DNA of 26,864 nt, taken from contig JALHMH010000051.1 of assembly GCA_022844165.1 (NCBI GenBank), forward strand, positions 1 through 26,864, given 5' to 3'. Source of the DNA: Lysobacterales bacterium (GTDB lineage: Bacteria > Pseudomonadota > Gammaproteobacteria > Xanthomonadales > SZUA-5). A program made the position numbers and the translations under genes. The notes below the pieces were generated by a model. It did not search any database and was not told the DNA's origin. It saw nothing but the letters and a program-made list of their open reading frames with translations. Of this stretch, positions 18,583 through 26,864 are shown piece after piece. Each line of letters begins with the position of its first letter. Within the stretch, counting starts at the first letter, position 1.

Positions 18583-19218
18583 TCAGGCAGCGCGCCGCAG
18601 ATGCGGCATCGACACCCGGTGTGCGCCGACAATCCACTGCAGGGGCCGTCGCTGAGCGACACAACGGCGCATCATATTGCGGCGCTCGGCCAACAGCGGC
18701 GAGCGCACGCCGGCCGAGCGGCAGGTGTGATCGGCCAGCGCCAGCCAACGTTCGGCCTCGTCCCAATGTTGGTTGGCAGCCGCAATTTCAGCGCAACCGA
18801 TTTCCAGCTCGGCACGTTCCTCGATCAGGTCTTCGTCGCTACCGATCGCTGCTAACAGTTGCCGATGCAGGCTCGCTGCCGCCTGCCGCTGGCCGATCAT
18901 CCAAAGTGCGACGGCCGCGCCTACCTGGGCATGTTTGAGTGGGCGATCGTTGCTGTTCTCCGTGGCCTGGCAACAGGCCAGCACCTCATCGAAGAAGTCC
19001 AACGCTTGTTCGGCCTGCTTTTTCCAGAGTTTGATCTTGCCGATGCGCAACAGCAGCGCCAGGTAGGCCTCGTGCGTTGTCGCGCCTTGCTCGCGCATTC
19101 CCCGCAGCGCCATCTCGCACAACATTTCTCCGCCATCCAAGTCGCCACCGCGAGCCTCGGCGTAACCCAGCTCGCTGTTGGCGATACAAAATCGTACCGT
19201 GTTCGAAACCGTCTGCAT
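18583..19218 (-). CDS. TPR-like helical repeat protein
   Basis: TPR-like helices ELGYAEARGGDLDGGEML, LRIGKIKLWKKQAEQALDFFDEVL and AEIAAANQHWDEAERWLA. The start and the C-terminus are uncertain. Confidence 0.55.
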   Translation of the reverse strand: MQTVSNTVRFCIANSELGYAEARGGDLDGGEMLCEMALRGMREQGATTHEAYLALLLRIGKIKLWKKQAEQALDFFDEVLACCQATENSNDRPLKHAQVGAAVALWMIGQRQAAASLHRQLLAAIGSDEDLIEERAELEIGCAEIAAANQHWDEAERWLALADHTCRSAGVRSPLLAERRNMMRRCVAQRRPLQWIVGAHRVSMPHLRRAA

Positions 19219-19382
19219 TGTCCGCAACCATCACGCCGCGTGAGTGCGGCATTTATTCCTGACGATTTTTGAGCGGCAACTGCGCCACGACAGTTGACAT
19301 TCGTTCATTCTGTCTCAAGCCGACGACGGTCAGAGTGGTCCAATCGGCAAAGCATCTATCGTTGCCTGCGGGCGCAAGAGCA

Positions 19383-19409
19383 GACGGAAAAGCGCCGAAT
19401 GCTGCGGCA
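19383..19409 (-). promoter_or_regulatory. Putative ECF promoter TGCCGCA-N16-CGTC
   Basis: Begins 9 nt after the kinase stop and points toward the TPR gene. Confidence 0.35.
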
Positions 19410-19418
19410 CTCGCCCGC

Positions 19419-22193
19419 CTAGGCGTCCGCCATCCGCGCCTGCAGACGGAGCAGACGGGCGCGTACATACGGCTCGGCTGCGGGCAACAGGTCGATCCGA
19501 AGCTGCACGCTGTCCGCACCCCGACGCGCGGCAGGCACATCGCCTCGTTGCCACGCGAGCTCCGCCAGCGCCAACTGCGCATCGCGCCAAGCGTCCATCA
19601 AGTCCGGGTGGCGATCAAGTTCGGGCAACAGACGCGCCAGATTCGCCTGTGCGACCTTGGTTTCGCCGGCCATCGACTGCGCAACCGCCAGGCGTGTTTC
19701 GATACGCAACTTCACCGTTGTGGTCTCGCCGCCCGATCGATCCAGGTTCTCTTGCAACAGCGCAATCGCCGCGAGGGGATCGCCTCGCCACAGCGCAATT
19801 TCGGCGGCGTCCCGAAGCGCCTGCCTCAGAGAAAAAGCTTGCCGCTCATCGGCACGCAACGCTTGCAGCTCTTCGGCGCATGGCGCGTCGACGCCGGATT
19901 TGCCGAGCAATGTACGAACGTTCTCCAGCCGGCAGCGCAACGCCTGTACGCCGGGCGCCTGCGCGCCCAAAAGCGTACTCGCGCCTTCGAGTGCCGTCCG
20001 CAAATGCTCGGCGGCTGCTGCATAGTCCCCCGCTGCCCGCTCAAATGTGGCCAACACGCTGAGCATCGAATACAGTTGCGGCGACGCTTCACCAAAGCGC
20101 GTCTTTGCCACACGCAATGCCCGCTCACCGCTGTCGACGGCCTCGCGCGAGGCACCGCGCCGATACTGGGTATAGGCCAGCATGCTCAACCAGTCCTGTA
20201 GTCGCCAATGCGTCGCTGGCAGCGTGCCTTCCCCGATATCTACCGCTGCGCGCGCATATCGTTCGGCTTCTTCGTGCCGGCCCATGTGCGCATACGTACC
20301 CGCAAGCCCGCCCTGCGCATCCGCGATCAGTACATGTGTCGGTCCCAGCAGTTCGATACCGCGCGTGATCGCCCGCTCAAATGCGGCAACACTGGCCGCA
20401 TAAATCGTCTCTCGCTGTTGCTGCGAACCGAGCATGCGCTGGCGCTGCGTGCCCGCAAACCACACCAGTGTTTGCACTTCGACCATCGGCGGACAGGCGC
20501 CGTTGCTGCAGGCAGCCACCGCCTGAGCTGCGGCAGCCGTTGCCTCTGGATAGCGCAGCTGCTGAGCCGCGCGCTCCGATTGGAGCATGCGACGTTCCGC
20601 ATCGAGGTCCGCTGCGAGCGACGCCTTTTCCAGCGTCACCAGCAGCGCATCCAAAGCCGCATACTGCTGTTGTTCCAGCAGCACCCGTCCGAGTTCCAGT
20701 TGCGCGCGGTGCCGTTGCTCGGGCGCCAGAGCATCGCCACCCTGCTGCGCCAGCAGTTCGTTGAGCAACTCCGTGGATCGCGATGTCTGGCCCTGCCCTG
20801 CCAGTACGCCTGCCAGTTCCACCAGCAGATCGTCGCGGATCGCCGGCCGCACGGAGCGATCGTTTCGCAACTGGAGAATGGCGCTTTCGGTCACCTCGAC
20901 AAGCGTCGTAGGCCGTTCGGCGCTGACGGGTTCGGCGGCGCGGAACACGCTAACCAGGACTTCCCGCGTGCGTTCTGCCCGATCGGCTTCCTGGCCCGCT
21001 TGCAGCGCACTGCGCCACGCCAATACCATCAGGCCGATCACAGCAATCAGTGCGACGGAAGCGATCGTAGCGGCAGCGAAGTTGCGTTGTACGAATCGCC
21101 TCAGTAAGTAGCCCAACGTCGGCGCGCGTGCCGACACCGGTTGGTGAGCGAGGTAACGCCGCAGATCGTCGCCGAAGGCTTCCGCCGAGCCGTAGCGCTG
21201 CAGCGCCTGCTCGGCCATTGCCTTGAGCGAAATGTTGTCCAGATCGCCGCGCAACTGACGGCGCAAATCGGATAAGGACTCGGGGATGCCCGCAGCCTCA
21301 ACAGCCTCGTCCAACAAACGGCTGGGGGCCACGATCGCGCCGGCAGGCCGCGAACCGGTGAGCACTTCGCACAGGAGTACACCCATCGAATACACATCTG
21401 TCGCGGTTGTGATGATGCCGCCAGCGAGCTGCTCCGGCGCTGCGTACGCAGGCGTCAGCGCTCGATCCTGGGTGGTTGTGGCATCGGCGGTATCGCCGAG
21501 ATTCTTGGCGATTCCGAAGTCGAGCAACTTGACATGGCCTTCGGCCGTGACCAGGACGTTGGCTGGCTTCAAATCGCGATGTGCGATCAGCGCCCGGTGC
21601 GCTGCCGCTACCGCATCGCTCACTTCTGCCATCAACCGAACGCGATCGCGCAAAGTGGCTCGCCGCTCGCGCAGGTAATCGGTGATGCGGATGCCCGAGA
21701 CGCGCTCCATGACGATGTAGGCGATGCCGTCTTCCGTACTTCCGCCATCGATGTAGCGCGCAATCGATGGATGCGTCAGCAATGCCAAATGTTGCCGTTC
21801 GCTATCGAAGCGTCGCCGTTCAACGGCGCCCATCAAGATTCGTTTGAAGATCTTCACGGCCACGGGTTGGCGCACGCCGCCCTGCTCGCGCTCAGCGCCG
21901 AAGACCATCGAACTGCCACCTTCGCCCAACACCTCGCCTAGCGTGAATCCGCCGATCTGGCGTCCCAACCACGAACCGGACACTAAACTGTTCTTCGGTG
22001 CCAGGCGCGCTGCCACCTCATCGACCCGACTGGCAAGCAAATCGACCGATATCGTTTCGCTGGCCAACAACATCTTGACGAGGCGCTCGCGCTGGCCTGC
22101 ATCCGTCGCCGCCCGTTCGGCGAACGGCATGCGCTCGGCGGCAGGCAGTGCCATGGCGGTTTCAAACAATTCTCTTAGCGTGGCGGCGCTCAC
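19419..22193 (-). CDS. Membrane Ser/Thr kinase with extracytoplasmic TPR region (PknS-like)
   Basis: Motifs LGEGGSSMVF, VAVK, HRDLKPANVL, LLDFGIAK, LTPAYAAPEQ and DVYSMG; TM segment AAATIASVALIAVIGLMVLAW; then TPR repeats. The GTG start lies 4 nt after the ECF stop. Confidence 0.96.
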   Translation of the reverse strand: MSAATLRELFETAMALPAAERMPFAERAATDAGQRERLVKMLLASETISVDLLASRVDEVAARLAPKNSLVSGSWLGRQIGGFTLGEVLGEGGSSMVFGAEREQGGVRQPVAVKIFKRILMGAVERRRFDSERQHLALLTHPSIARYIDGGSTEDGIAYIVMERVSGIRITDYLRERRATLRDRVRLMAEVSDAVAAAHRALIAHRDLKPANVLVTAEGHVKLLDFGIAKNLGDTADATTTQDRALTPAYAAPEQLAGGIITTATDVYSMGVLLCEVLTGSRPAGAIVAPSRLLDEAVEAAGIPESLSDLRRQLRGDLDNISLKAMAEQALQRYGSAEAFGDDLRRYLAHQPVSARAPTLGYLLRRFVQRNFAAATIASVALIAVIGLMVLAWRSALQAGQEADRAERTREVLVSVFRAAEPVSAERPTTLVEVTESAILQLRNDRSVRPAIRDDLLVELAGVLAGQGQTSRSTELLNELLAQQGGDALAPEQRHRAQLELGRVLLEQQQYAALDALLVTLEKASLAADLDAERRMLQSERAAQQLRYPEATAAAAQAVAACSNGACPPMVEVQTLVWFAGTQRQRMLGSQQQRETIYAASVAAFERAITRGIELLGPTHVLIADAQGGLAGTYAHMGRHEEAERYARAAVDIGEGTLPATHWRLQDWLSMLAYTQYRRGASREAVDSGERALRVAKTRFGEASPQLYSMLSVLATFERAAGDYAAAAEHLRTALEGASTLLGAQAPGVQALRCRLENVRTLLGKSGVDAPCAEELQALRADERQAFSLRQALRDAAEIALWRGDPLAAIALLQENLDRSGGETTTVKLRIETRLAVAQSMAGETKVAQANLARLLPELDRHPDLMDAWRDAQLALAELAWQRGDVPAARRGADSVQLRIDLLPAAEPYVRARLLRLQARMADA

Positions 22194-22197
22194 GCCG

Positions 22198-22740
22198 TCA
22201 CTTCTGCAGGAGCGCAGCCAGATAGGCGCGCGCGAATTCCCAATCGCGGGTAATGGTGCGCCGATTGAGATTCATCACGGCGGCGATCTGATCGACAGTG
22301 AGTCCTGCGAAGTAACGCAACTCGACCACGCGTGCGGCACGCGGATCTTCCTGCGCTAGTTTGTCCAGCCCGTCGTTAAGTTCGAGCACATCAAGCGCCA
22401 GTTCATTGGCGGCTGCATCCTGCCCATGGTCCGAGATCGTCACTCGCACCCAGTCCCCGCCGGCCTTTTGTGCCAATCGCATGCGCGCGCGATCGGTGAC
22501 GATATTGCGCATCGCCGTCGCCGCGTAGGCAAAAAAATTCTCAGGGCCACCATGCTCGCCCCAATCTCGGGACGCCATTTTTTCGTAAAGCTCGTGCACC
22601 AGTCCGGTCGTGTTCAACGTCGCATGCCCGTCGCGCGCCAACTGCGAACTGGCCATGCTCTTTAGTCGATCGTAAACTTCGACAAAGAGCGACTGGGTGG
22701 ATTCGGGCATACCAGCCGGTATCGGCGGCGAAGCGGACAT
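22198..22740 (-). CDS. Kinase-associated ECF sigma factor (TIGR02999 / EcfK-like)
   Basis: Motifs VYDRLKSMA, TLNTTGLVHELY, FFAYAATAMRNIVTDRAR…KAGG and VVELRYFAGLT…RTITRDWEFARAYL. The start is 22740 or 22710. Confidence 0.95.
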   Translation of the reverse strand: MSASPPIPAGMPESTQSLFVEVYDRLKSMASSQLARDGHATLNTTGLVHELYEKMASRDWGEHGGPENFFAYAATAMRNIVTDRARMRLAQKAGGDWVRVTISDHGQDAAANELALDVLELNDGLDKLAQEDPRAARVVELRYFAGLTVDQIAAVMNLNRRTITRDWEFARAYLAALLQK

Positions 22741-22873
22741 TCGAGAGTGCGGCAGTTGAGCCAGGCTTCCATGATGGCACACTCGGCGCCAACGCAAACG
22801 GGCCATCGCGCTCAACTGGCGCCGACGGACGGCGACGGGTGGCACGTCGACTCTGAATCGCATCTTCAGCGCC

Positions 22874-23761
22874 TCAAGGTTCTGGTCGTTGATCAGCCTC
22901 TGCAACGTTAGTGATGTGCGCGGCCACGCATAACCAACGGCCGTCTGGGTATTTGTGCCAGACGTCCGTATAGCGCGAGATACCGCGGCGGCCATCCTTG
23001 CGTTCGAATGCATTCTCGGCGTGGATCAGTGCAACGTCGTCGAAGCGACGAATGCGAATGCCCGCGACCGGGAACGAGCGATAGTGAGTCTTGAAATTGG
23101 GTTTGGCGAAGTCCGCCAGCGCCGCCGCCCGATCGTGAAACGAGCCGTCTCCATAGACCACCGAATATTCCGGTGCCAGGTGCGCGTCATACCAGGCAAC
23201 ATCCGATTCGCGGAAGGCGCGCACATAGTTCTCGTTGAGCTCGCGAAGCACGACGTCATCGTCGCCTCGTAAGCGTTCTCCCGCCCACGTGTCGATGGCA
23301 AATTCGTGGCCTTCTCGCTGCGCTTGTTCGACGTGCGTACGCAGGGCGGTGTTTTGCGCATAGATCAGCCGCCAGTGCACACCGTCCCAATGGTAAGCGT
23401 CAGTGTAACGAACTCGCGCCAGCTCATCGGCTCGTGTGGCGCCCTCAAAGTAGCCTTGGACGAGTGCAACATCACCGAATAACCGTACACGGACATCGTC
23501 GTACGAAACTCCATACGGCGCGGAGGCGCGCAGCATCTGATGCAAATGCTGTTTGCGATCAACGTATGCGCCGGTGGCACTGAGCAGAAGGAAGTCATCG
23601 GCCATCAGCGCGTCCATGAAGTTGCTGTCGCCAACGGCAAAGGCGTTAACGTAGCGATGGTTGATCGCACGCAACTGAGCTTGGGCTACGTCGGTTTTTG
23701 GGACTGGCGCGACGCCGAGCGTTGTGACGAAGGCCAGGCTGAGGAAGGTGGCTAGCGGCAT
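22874..23761 (-). CDS. Exported protein with two tandem NTF2/SnoaL-like (DUF4440) domains
   Basis: Internal duplication LRAINHRYVNAF…VRLFGDVALV…RYTDAY and LRELNENYVRAF…IRRFDDVALI…RYTDVW; N-terminal signal peptide. Confidence 0.88.
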   Translation of the reverse strand: MPLATFLSLAFVTTLGVAPVPKTDVAQAQLRAINHRYVNAFAVGDSNFMDALMADDFLLLSATGAYVDRKQHLHQMLRASAPYGVSYDDVRVRLFGDVALVQGYFEGATRADELARVRYTDAYHWDGVHWRLIYAQNTALRTHVEQAQREGHEFAIDTWAGERLRGDDDVVLRELNENYVRAFRESDVAWYDAHLAPEYSVVYGDGSFHDRAAALADFAKPNFKTHYRSFPVAGIRIRRFDDVALIHAENAFERKDGRRGISRYTDVWHKYPDGRWLCVAAHITNVAEADQRPEP

Positions 23762-23857
23762 GCGAGGACTGTGCGTCAGTGGGATGAACTCGATTGACGT
23801 CAGAAGGCATCCAATAAGGACATTCGGTGCTTTGCATATGAAGCCTGCGCCTGGCGA

Positions 23858-23884
23858 TGTCCCAAAGCCACATCTCTCCCCGTC
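23858..23884 (+). promoter_or_regulatory. Putative ECF promoter TGTCCCA-N16-CGTC
   Basis: Lies 33 nt upstream of ATG 23918. Confidence 0.45.
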
Positions 23885-23917
23885 GAATCGTCTACATCAC
23901 TCGTCTCCGGAGCCGCT

Positions 23918-24832
23918 ATGCGCCGTTGCAACACCGTTGTCCCACAGGTCCGCCGCCGGTGTGCATTGGCCTGCGTCATCTCCATCGTTGGCGCAGAGGC
24001 GCTCCAGGCGGCCAGCGATGGCGCGCAATCGGCGCCGGTTGCAACACTGCCCAGTGCTGCTGTTCGCCTGACGCAAATGAGCGATGACAATGCGGTGGGT
24101 GAGGTGGTGGTCTCGGTCGTGGCGGCAGGCTCTGAGGAGTCGAATCTCTTTCTCCTGTGCAGCATTCCTTCTACCGCGGCGGCGTTTTCGATCATTGGAG
24201 GCGGGTCCCGGAACATCGGCGGCCCCGCGGTCCTGGGTCCAAACGACCCACCGATCCGCGTGCGTTGCACGCCGCAGGCCGCGTTGCTGAGCGCATCAAT
24301 GAGCTGCGAGCAGCGCGTCTCCGTGGGTGATCAACCATCGCCGTTGTCGGTGGCGGTTGAGTGCCCTGCGGCGGAGCCTGCGCTGATCGAACTCACGCCA
24401 AAACTTGACTTCGGCGCGGTCCCGGCCGGGCAGCAATCTTTCCGTTGGGTTGAGATCGCCAATCGTGCCAGCCGACCAGCAACCATCGCCGAATGCCGTT
24501 TCGAGGGCAACGATGCCGCCGACTTCGAACTGACCGACTACGTCGACTTCCACCCCAATCCGAGTTTCGCGCCGCGGTTTCCGCTGACGATACCGGCGGG
24601 ATTCGCCACTCAGTTGCCGATTCGCTTCGATGCGAGAGCGCCTCTTGGCGCCAAGACCGCCAGGTTCCTGTGCCAGGGCGCGGCCGGCACGACGGTCAAT
24701 GGCGACACGGTTGTCCAGGGAACGGTCACTTCCGGCGCCGGTGTATCGGTGAATGCTCTGAGCTCAGTTGGGCTCATTGTGCTGGCTTGCGGCGTGCTGC
24801 TCATCGGTTTGGGTTTGCGTCGCTTCGGTTGA
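23918..24832 (+). CDS. Exported Ig-like (ASH/choice-of-anchor D-like) protein with IPTL-CTERM-like anchor
   Basis: Domain pattern LDFGAVPAGQQS…EIAN…FEGNDAADF…FPLTIPAG…IRF…GAKTA; C-terminus VSVNALSSVGLIVLACGVLLIGLGLRRFG (motif, TM segment, basic tail). Confidence 0.8.
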   Translation: MRRCNTVVPQVRRRCALACVISIVGAEALQAASDGAQSAPVATLPSAAVRLTQMSDDNAVGEVVVSVVAAGSEESNLFLLCSIPSTAAAFSIIGGGSRNIGGPAVLGPNDPPIRVRCTPQAALLSASMSCEQRVSVGDQPSPLSVAVECPAAEPALIELTPKLDFGAVPAGQQSFRWVEIANRASRPATIAECRFEGNDAADFELTDYVDFHPNPSFAPRFPLTIPAGFATQLPIRFDARAPLGAKTARFLCQGAAGTTVNGDTVVQGTVTSGAGVSVNALSSVGLIVLACGVLLIGLGLRRFG

Positions 24833-24984
24833 TTCAGAGCGCCGAAAGGTCGCGGAAGGGTTGCTGAACCTCGCTTTCCGGCCACACGACGATGTTCAAA
24901 TCGTTGACCGCCAATCCTTCGTGGCGTCGTGTGAACCACAGCCCTTTCGACGTAAGCCAAACGGGCGCCACGTTTCGTACCGCA

Positions 24985-25269
24985 TCAATGGCCACGTTTC
25001 GTGTCGCAGATATCACCGACGAAACGCGCCTCGAATTCGTACGTGAGATGGTTCAACCAGAGCAACAGCGCCTGCTCACTGAGCGTCGTCGAGCACTGCA
25101 ATCGACGCCGCTCAGATTGTTCTGTTGCAAGGTCTAACACGCATGGTTGTCGGTCCGTTGGCGAAACGCCGGATGCGGCGGGTTCGCCAGACACACTCAA
25201 GCGCTCTATCGCGACGCCGAGTGCGCACCCGATCAACAGCGTTCCTGCGTACCTGATGGAATTGCGCAT
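24985..25269 (-). CDS. Small hypothetical protein with N-terminal hydrophobic segment; possibly frameshifted
   Basis: ATG 25269 lies 8 nt after the upstream stop (MRNSIRYAGTLLIGCALGVAIERL). A protein-like continuation runs in another frame to 24834. Confidence 0.45.
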   Translation of the reverse strand: MRNSIRYAGTLLIGCALGVAIERLSVSGEPAASGVSPTDRQPCVLDLATEQSERRRLQCSTTLSEQALLLWLNHLTYEFEARFVGDICDTKRGH

Positions 25270-25277
25270 CGCCTGGT

Positions 25278-26864
25278 TCACATCTGCATCGCCCAGCTCT
25301 CGAGCGTTCCCGACACGCCTGGCAGAATGTCGCGCACTTCCAGCTTCCACTCGCCGTTGATCGGCTCGGCGCTCAGATCCACCGAGTAACTGCGATGGAT
25401 ATCGCCGCTGCCATTGAACAGCACGTAGACGTGCCCGGTCGGCGCAACGAGGTTGACCTGCAAATCCGATGGGCGCTGATGTTGCACTCGAAACTGGACT
25501 TTGGTCAGCGGACAAGGAACACCGGAGCGGTTTGCGATAGCGATGGCCGATTGCAGGTTCTGTTGCGGGTTGTCCGGAATCGCGGCGCGGGGCGTTTCCT
25601 CGCGCACGCTTTGTGGACCCATCAGATCGCCGAATCGATCGCTCATGAAGGTATCGCCGTTGCGCGTTTCGAATGCACCCAGATCGCGAGTATTCGCGGC
25701 TGTCCCGGTCGCGCCACAAACGCCGGGTTGGTTGATACCGCGCACGGTACCGCGTGGATCGACCCGATCGTACTGCGCTGGCAGCGCGTCGATGCCTGGC
25801 GAGGTCGATTGCAGGCGGTAATCGAATTGGCCGCTGAACTGGGCCGTTCCCAGTATCACATTCGCACCTGTCGGCACGCCGGCAAGGCTGGGAACCATCG
25901 TCTGCGACAGGTCGATGATAGGGTTGCCGGCTATCTGCAGCAGCTGCGTGTAGGGTCCCGAAACAATCGAGTCGCGCAGTTCGAGACGTCCGTCGCTGTC
26001 GATCGTGGCCACAGGGCGGGGGTCGCCTGGTGTCGGCACAACCGTCGATTGGTGAATCGACATGCGTCCTGACGGACCGCCAAAAAAGGCCATGCTGCCG
26101 TTCACCAGAGAATCGCGAACGTCGATCGTGGCTGAATTTGCCTCCAAGTAGGTAGCGGTGAATCGCTCCGCCTCGATGCGACCACCATCGCGGGCAATCA
26201 GGCGCCCCCGTCCGCAGTCGAACTGCGCAAGAAGACAACTCGCTGGCCGATACGCACCGTCGGGTAAGGCATCCAGAGCGGCCTGGGTGTTCAGCTCGAA
26301 GACCGCGCCGGGGTGGCGAGATACCACTGTACCCAGGTCCACACTTGTCGCGAGCACAATGGCATCGGCAGCGTTGTTCTCAAGACTGTTGATCAATATC
26401 GGGTTGTAGATGGCGGTTGGCGTCAGCGACTGCCGATACAGGACGATGGTTCCATCGAGTGGCGAAGTCCCCGAACTGAAATAGATGCCACCACTGTCAT
26501 TCGACGCGACATTTTCTCTGATCGGTTCGCCGGGTGCACCGATGTATGCCGATATTGGCGTTTGCGCGTAGATGCCGCCGCCAAACTGTCCGGCCTCGTT
26601 GTTGGTTACCGCCGCACCGGTCGCGCGCATCCAGAACACCGCGTGGTTGGTGAGATGTAGCCCGCCGCCATCGAGTCCGGCAACGTTGTTCGCGATGCTG
26701 CTTTCCAGCCCGATCTCCACCGTTGCAGGCCGGCTGGCGTTCTCTGAACTCACCGCAATCCCGCCGCCGAAGCGGGCGATATTGCTGCGCACCGTCGTGT
26801 ACGTCAGCCCGAGGTTCGCAGGGCCGCCCTGGCTGCGGAAACGAATGCCACCACCAAAGTTGGC
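25278..26864 (-). CDS. Beta-helix (Pmp-like GGGI repeats, choice-of-anchor Q-like) surface protein with C-terminal proprotein-convertase P-domain; 5' end outside the window
   Basis: Frame is open to the right edge (ANFGGGIRF…). Repeated N-x-A-x-x-GGG(I/L); DYRLQSTSPGIDA…DPRG…DLGAFE; then P-domain AIPDN…HQRPSDLQVNLVAPTG…NGEWKLEVRD…GTLESW. Confidence 0.88.
   Translation of the reverse strand, partial: ANFGGGIRFRSQGGPANLGLTYTTVRSNIARFGGGIAVSSENASRPATVEIGLESSIANNVAGLDGGGLHLTNHAVFWMRATGAAVTNNEAGQFGGGIYAQTPISAYIGAPGEPIRENVASNDSGGIYFSSGTSPLDGTIVLYRQSLTPTAIYNPILINSLENNAADAIVLATSVDLGTVVSRHPGAVFELNTQAALDALPDGAYRPASCLLAQFDCGRGRLIARDGGRIEAERFTATYLEANSATIDVRDSLVNGSMAFFGGPSGRMSIHQSTVVPTPGDPRPVATIDSDGRLELRDSIVSGPYTQLLQIAGNPIIDLSQTMVPSLAGVPTGANVILGTAQFSGQFDYRLQSTSPGIDALPAQYDRVDPRGTVRGINQPGVCGATGTAANTRDLGAFETRNGDTFMSDRFGDLMGPQSVREETPRAAIPDNPQQNLQSAIAIANRSGVPCPLTKVQFRVQHQRPSDLQVNLVAPTGHVYVLFNGSGDIHRSYSVDLSAEPINGEWKLEVRDILPGVSGTLESWAMQM

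Noticed and set aside
23820-23843. LysR-type operator in the divergent promoter region
   Set aside because: Only a weak AT-rich dyad is present and there is no adjacent LysR gene.

Overview
GC-rich bacterial chromosomal segment, most likely from Xanthomonadales/Rhodanobacteraceae (Dokdonella/Ahniella-like). This assignment is inferred from the DxIFxDGFE and IPTL-CTERM-like C-termini, the ECF-kinase pair and the TonB receptor style. A housekeeping core (prpF, AMP nucleosidase, cysG, katG, LAB_N protein, rluF) is flanked by accessory surface and signalling modules. Left side: a secreted S74-chaperoned trimeric fibre, a 90-aa DIFRDGFE partner and a Ser/Thr kinase, with a shared TGCCGG-N16-CG(T/C)W upstream motif, followed by a TipA-like MerR regulator coupled to a secreted alpha/beta hydrolase under a textbook 19-bp-spacer promoter. 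Middle: an ECF sigma with a ChrR-like cupin, a DHCW cupin and a TonB-dependent receptor. Right side: a TIGR02999-type ECF sigma with a TPR Ser/Thr kinase, several exported proteins and three TGYCNCA-N16-CGTC sites. A hairpin-rich ~240-nt intergenic element has an internally deleted 45-nt sister copy 6 kb away. No rRNA, tRNA, CRISPR array or transposase was seen. All family assignments come from motif recognition by eye, not from database searches.
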